Assembly (NCBI GenBank): GCA_964005815.1
Contig: CAXFSR010000022.1
Coordinates: forward strand, 1 to 61,723
Reading direction: 5' to 3'
Length of the DNA: 61,723 nucleotides
Source: an uncultured Nitrospinaceae bacterium
GTDB lineage: Bacteria; UBA8248
Position 1 is the first letter of the stretch. Each line of letters begins with the position of its first letter. The notes below the pieces were generated by a model, which saw nothing but the letters and a program-made list of their open reading frames with translations, did not search any database and had not been told where the DNA came from. Made by a program: the position numbers and the translations under genes. Of this stretch, positions 58,976 through 61,723 are shown one piece after another.

Positions 58976-61027
58976 CTATAGACTCACATCACAAGGGGAG
59001 AAATTAAAAAATGTCATTACAAATGACCCGCGCCCTTGAGTTAAAGAACGAAGAACTGTTGTAAATCCAAACATCTGTCTTAGTGGAACAGTAACTTCTA
59101 TAATTTTAAAGTGACCTTCACCTAGACCATCCTTTATATCAGAAACATTCCCATTTCTAGTATTTAATTCACTAATCACACCACCTAAGTGTTCTTCTAA
59201 AGTTGCAACTTCTACTTTCATAATTGGTTCAAGAAGTTGTCCCGATGCATTATTACAAGCATTATTAAAAGAAAGAGATGCAGCTGCAGAAAAAGCAAAT
59301 TCACTGCTCTTTTCTGGAATATATTCCATATCGAGAATGTCAACTTTTATGTCAATTAATGGATATCCTGCGAGTATTCCGCCTGAACATGAAGATCTGA
59401 TAGCCTCTTCCGTTGCATTAACAATACCTTCTGGAATCAAGGAGACATCATTCTCGAAATTAATTTGAATACCTTTTCCTGGTGTTGGCTCAACTCTAAT
59501 ATGTAATTTTGCGTATTGTGTTTTTCCTCCGATAATTTTATTAAATACACATTCATCATCCGCTATGCTACAAAGTGTTTCTCTAAAAACGACCCTCGGT
59601 TCACCAACTCGTATTTGAAGACCAAATTCATCAATTAATCTTCTACTCAGAACATCTAAATGTAATTCCCCCATTCCACTCATAACTATCTGACCAGATT
59701 CGTTTTCTGATTCAACAATAAAAGTTGGATCCTCTAACATTAATTTCTTAAGAGATTCGTGAAGTTTCTCTAAATCAATAGTCTCTTTTGGTTCAACTGC
59801 TATTGAAATCACAGGTTCAGGCGGGGAAATAGATTCAAAAGAAACAGGAGAATTTAAATCACAAAGCGTATCTCCTGTGAGAGTCTCTTTTAACCCTAAA
59901 ACTGCAATAATATCACCAGGACCTATTTCCTCTACTCTCTCTCGTTTGTCTGAATACATTCTAAAAATTCTAGAAAATTTTTCTTTTTTTCTTCTTGTCG
60001 GATTCCAAACCAGATCCCCAACTTTTGCCTGACCACTATAAACACGGATAAAACTAAGGCGACGATTTTCGTGTAATGCAACTTTAAAAACTAATGCCGA
60101 GAAAGGTTCTTCAATCGAAGATAAACGAACTGCTTCTGACAACTCGTCCTCTTCTGGAACAATACCTATAACTGGAGGTATTTCTTCTGGTGATGGAAGA
60201 AATTTCACGATACCATCCAATAGTGGTTGAATCCCCAAACTTTTTAGTGAGGAACCTACAAAAACTGGAACTACTTCATTAGCGATCACTCCCTTTTTAA
60301 TCGCTACCTCTATTGAATGATTTTCAACATCTTTCCCTTCAAGATAATTTTCTAAAATAGCTTCATTATAATCTGACGCGACTTCAATTATTTCATTTCT
60401 TAATTCAAAAACTTTTTCTTTCAATTCTTCATCAATAGGTCTATATTTAATTTTCTGAATTTCATTACTTTCCCAAGAGATAATCTGATTATTAAGAATG
60501 TCTATTTGCCCCCGAAAATCATCGGCTTCTCCATCTGGGAATTGCATTAACACAAATTTTTTTGAAAATTTTTGTTTGACCATTTCTAACGTTCTTAAGA
60601 AATCTGCTCCAATCCTATCTATCTTGTTTATATATACAATCCGAGGCACTTTAAATTTATCTGCTTGAGCCCAAACCGTTTCACTCTGCGCTTCTACGCC
60701 CTCAACACAACTAAAGATGGCAATTGCACCATCGAGAACTCTCAAACTCCTTTCAACCTCAACAGTGAAATCAACATGTCCAGGGGTATCAATTATATTA
60801 ATTTCATGACCTGTCCAAATACATGAAATCGCAGCAGAAGTAATGGAGATTCCACGTTCTTTCTCTTGTATCATCCAATCGGTAGTGGCCGTGCCTTCAT
60901 CCACTTTACCAATCCTATGAACTGCACCAGAGCAAAACAACATTCGCTCTGTTGTTGTAGTTTTACCTGCATCAATGTGAGAAATAATTCCGATGTTTCT
61001 TCTATTTGATAGAATCGGTCTTTTCAT
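58976..61027 (-). CDS. fusA: Elongation factor G paralog
   Basis: RNIGIISHIDAGKTTTTER, DTPGHVDF, NKID, GMGELHL, LRSLTQGRG; not in an rpsL-rpsG-fusA-tuf context. Confidence 0.92.
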   Translation of the reverse strand: MKRPILSNRRNIGIISHIDAGKTTTTERMLFCSGAVHRIGKVDEGTATTDWMIQEKERGISITSAAISCIWTGHEINIIDTPGHVDFTVEVERSLRVLDGAIAIFSCVEGVEAQSETVWAQADKFKVPRIVYINKIDRIGADFLRTLEMVKQKFSKKFVLMQFPDGEADDFRGQIDILNNQIISWESNEIQKIKYRPIDEELKEKVFELRNEIIEVASDYNEAILENYLEGKDVENHSIEVAIKKGVIANEVVPVFVGSSLKSLGIQPLLDGIVKFLPSPEEIPPVIGIVPEEDELSEAVRLSSIEEPFSALVFKVALHENRRLSFIRVYSGQAKVGDLVWNPTRRKKEKFSRIFRMYSDKRERVEEIGPGDIIAVLGLKETLTGDTLCDLNSPVSFESISPPEPVISIAVEPKETIDLEKLHESLKKLMLEDPTFIVESENESGQIVMSGMGELHLDVLSRRLIDEFGLQIRVGEPRVVFRETLCSIADDECVFNKIIGGKTQYAKLHIRVEPTPGKGIQINFENDVSLIPEGIVNATEEAIRSSCSGGILAGYPLIDIKVDILDMEYIPEKSSEFAFSAAASLSFNNACNNASGQLLEPIMKVEVATLEEHLGGVISELNTRNGNVSDIKDGLGEGHFKIIEVTVPLRQMFGFTTVLRSLTQGRGSFVMTFFNFSPCDVSL

Positions 61028-61178
61028 AAAGAAAGTAATCCAAAAAAATAAATTTTTCTAAGACTAAAAAGTTTTATACAATTTAATCGCTATAAAAATT
61101 TGCATGATAATTGATACTATCAGATAAAATAAAAAAAATTATACTCTTTCTATTTAACAAGGTTTTTATCCATTGTTT

Positions 61179-61723
61179 ATGTACAACAAGAAATTTTTAT
61201 TTTTGATCTCTGCTTTGCTACTGTTTCTTGTAAACTGTAGTTACTCTAGTTTACAAACACAGATCTCAGAGAAACAAAACATTAAAGAATGGTTCTTAAG
61301 TACAAAATATGGGTCAGTGGAGTCCTCTATTACTTGGCCCTCTGACAATAATCCTTATCCATCCCTTTTGATGATTCAGTCTTCTGATAGAGACAATCAG
61401 AAAAATACAAAAGAATTACTCTCATTAATAGGTTATCCGATTATCGCTATGAGCATTTCTCTACCTGGCATTGGAAATTCTACAGGTCCTCATGATTTTG
61501 GAGGAATGAAAAGTGTAGAATCTATAAAAAAAGCTATTAATTATTTAGTTAAAATTAATAACAATCAAAAAAAAATTATTTTTCTTTATGCCAATGGATT
61601 TGGAGCTAATGCTGCCATTATCGCGGCAAGCAAAGTTTCTAACGTTGAACTACTTATTTTAGAAAATGGGATTTTTGAACCCCAAAAAATTATAAAGAAA
61701 AGTCCTGAAAATATAAAAATCAG
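61179..61723 (+). CDS. Alpha/beta-hydrolase-fold lipoprotein (runs off window end)
   Basis: Open frame MYNKKFLFLISALLLFLVNC..., SLPGIGNSTGPHDFGG, LYANGFGANAA; no stop before window end. Confidence 0.7.
   Translation, partial: MYNKKFLFLISALLLFLVNCSYSSLQTQISEKQNIKEWFLSTKYGSVESSITWPSDNNPYPSLLMIQSSDRDNQKNTKELLSLIGYPIIAMSISLPGIGNSTGPHDFGGMKSVESIKKAINYLVKINNNQKKIIFLYANGFGANAAIIAASKVSNVELLILENGIFEPQKIIKKSPENIKI

Noticed and set aside
1..61723. Genome-wide UGA reassignment (code 4 or 25) as the explanation for the in-frame TGAs
   Set aside because: TGA terminates conserved genes at their normal ends (moaC, cysS, prmA, gpsA, pyrE), Trp is encoded by TGG, and long genes contain no internal TGA

Overview
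AT-rich bacterial chromosomal window with no phage, IS or CRISPR signatures. Gene content and order (tRNA-Thr/Tyr/Gly/Thr-tuf; ispD-ispF-cysS-rlmB; tmk-holB-PSP1-metG-tatD/radical SAM; hrcA with CIRCE; lpxL) suggest a diderm of Nitrospinota/Deltaproteobacteria-like affinity (inference only). Mostly housekeeping genes (groESL, purD, acs, thiSGE with TPP riboswitch, bioA, pyrE, a second EF-G) interleaved with orphan catabolic/redox genes. The main signal is two genes that the ORF track splits at an in-frame TGA. Each TGA sits at a catalytic-Cys-type position and is followed by a GC-rich SECIS-like hairpin, so both look like selenoproteins. (1) An OsmC/Ohr-like peroxidase (9255-9734). (2) A UGSC-type protein (50916-51449; motif DUGSCSSC...ELEKLGIP...IPHPVG, resembling glycine/betaine reductase selenoprotein B, GrdB), tightly coupled to an uncharacterised 347-aa partner (49863-50906). 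This pair is the best candidate for an undescribed selenium-dependent reductase module. Other oddities: an ispD that needs a non-canonical start, several apparently catalytically degenerate enzymes, an orphan Mo-hydroxylase large subunit, an unannotated entericidin-like lipoprotein and frequent TTG starts. All protein calls rest on motif recognition by eye; no database search was run.
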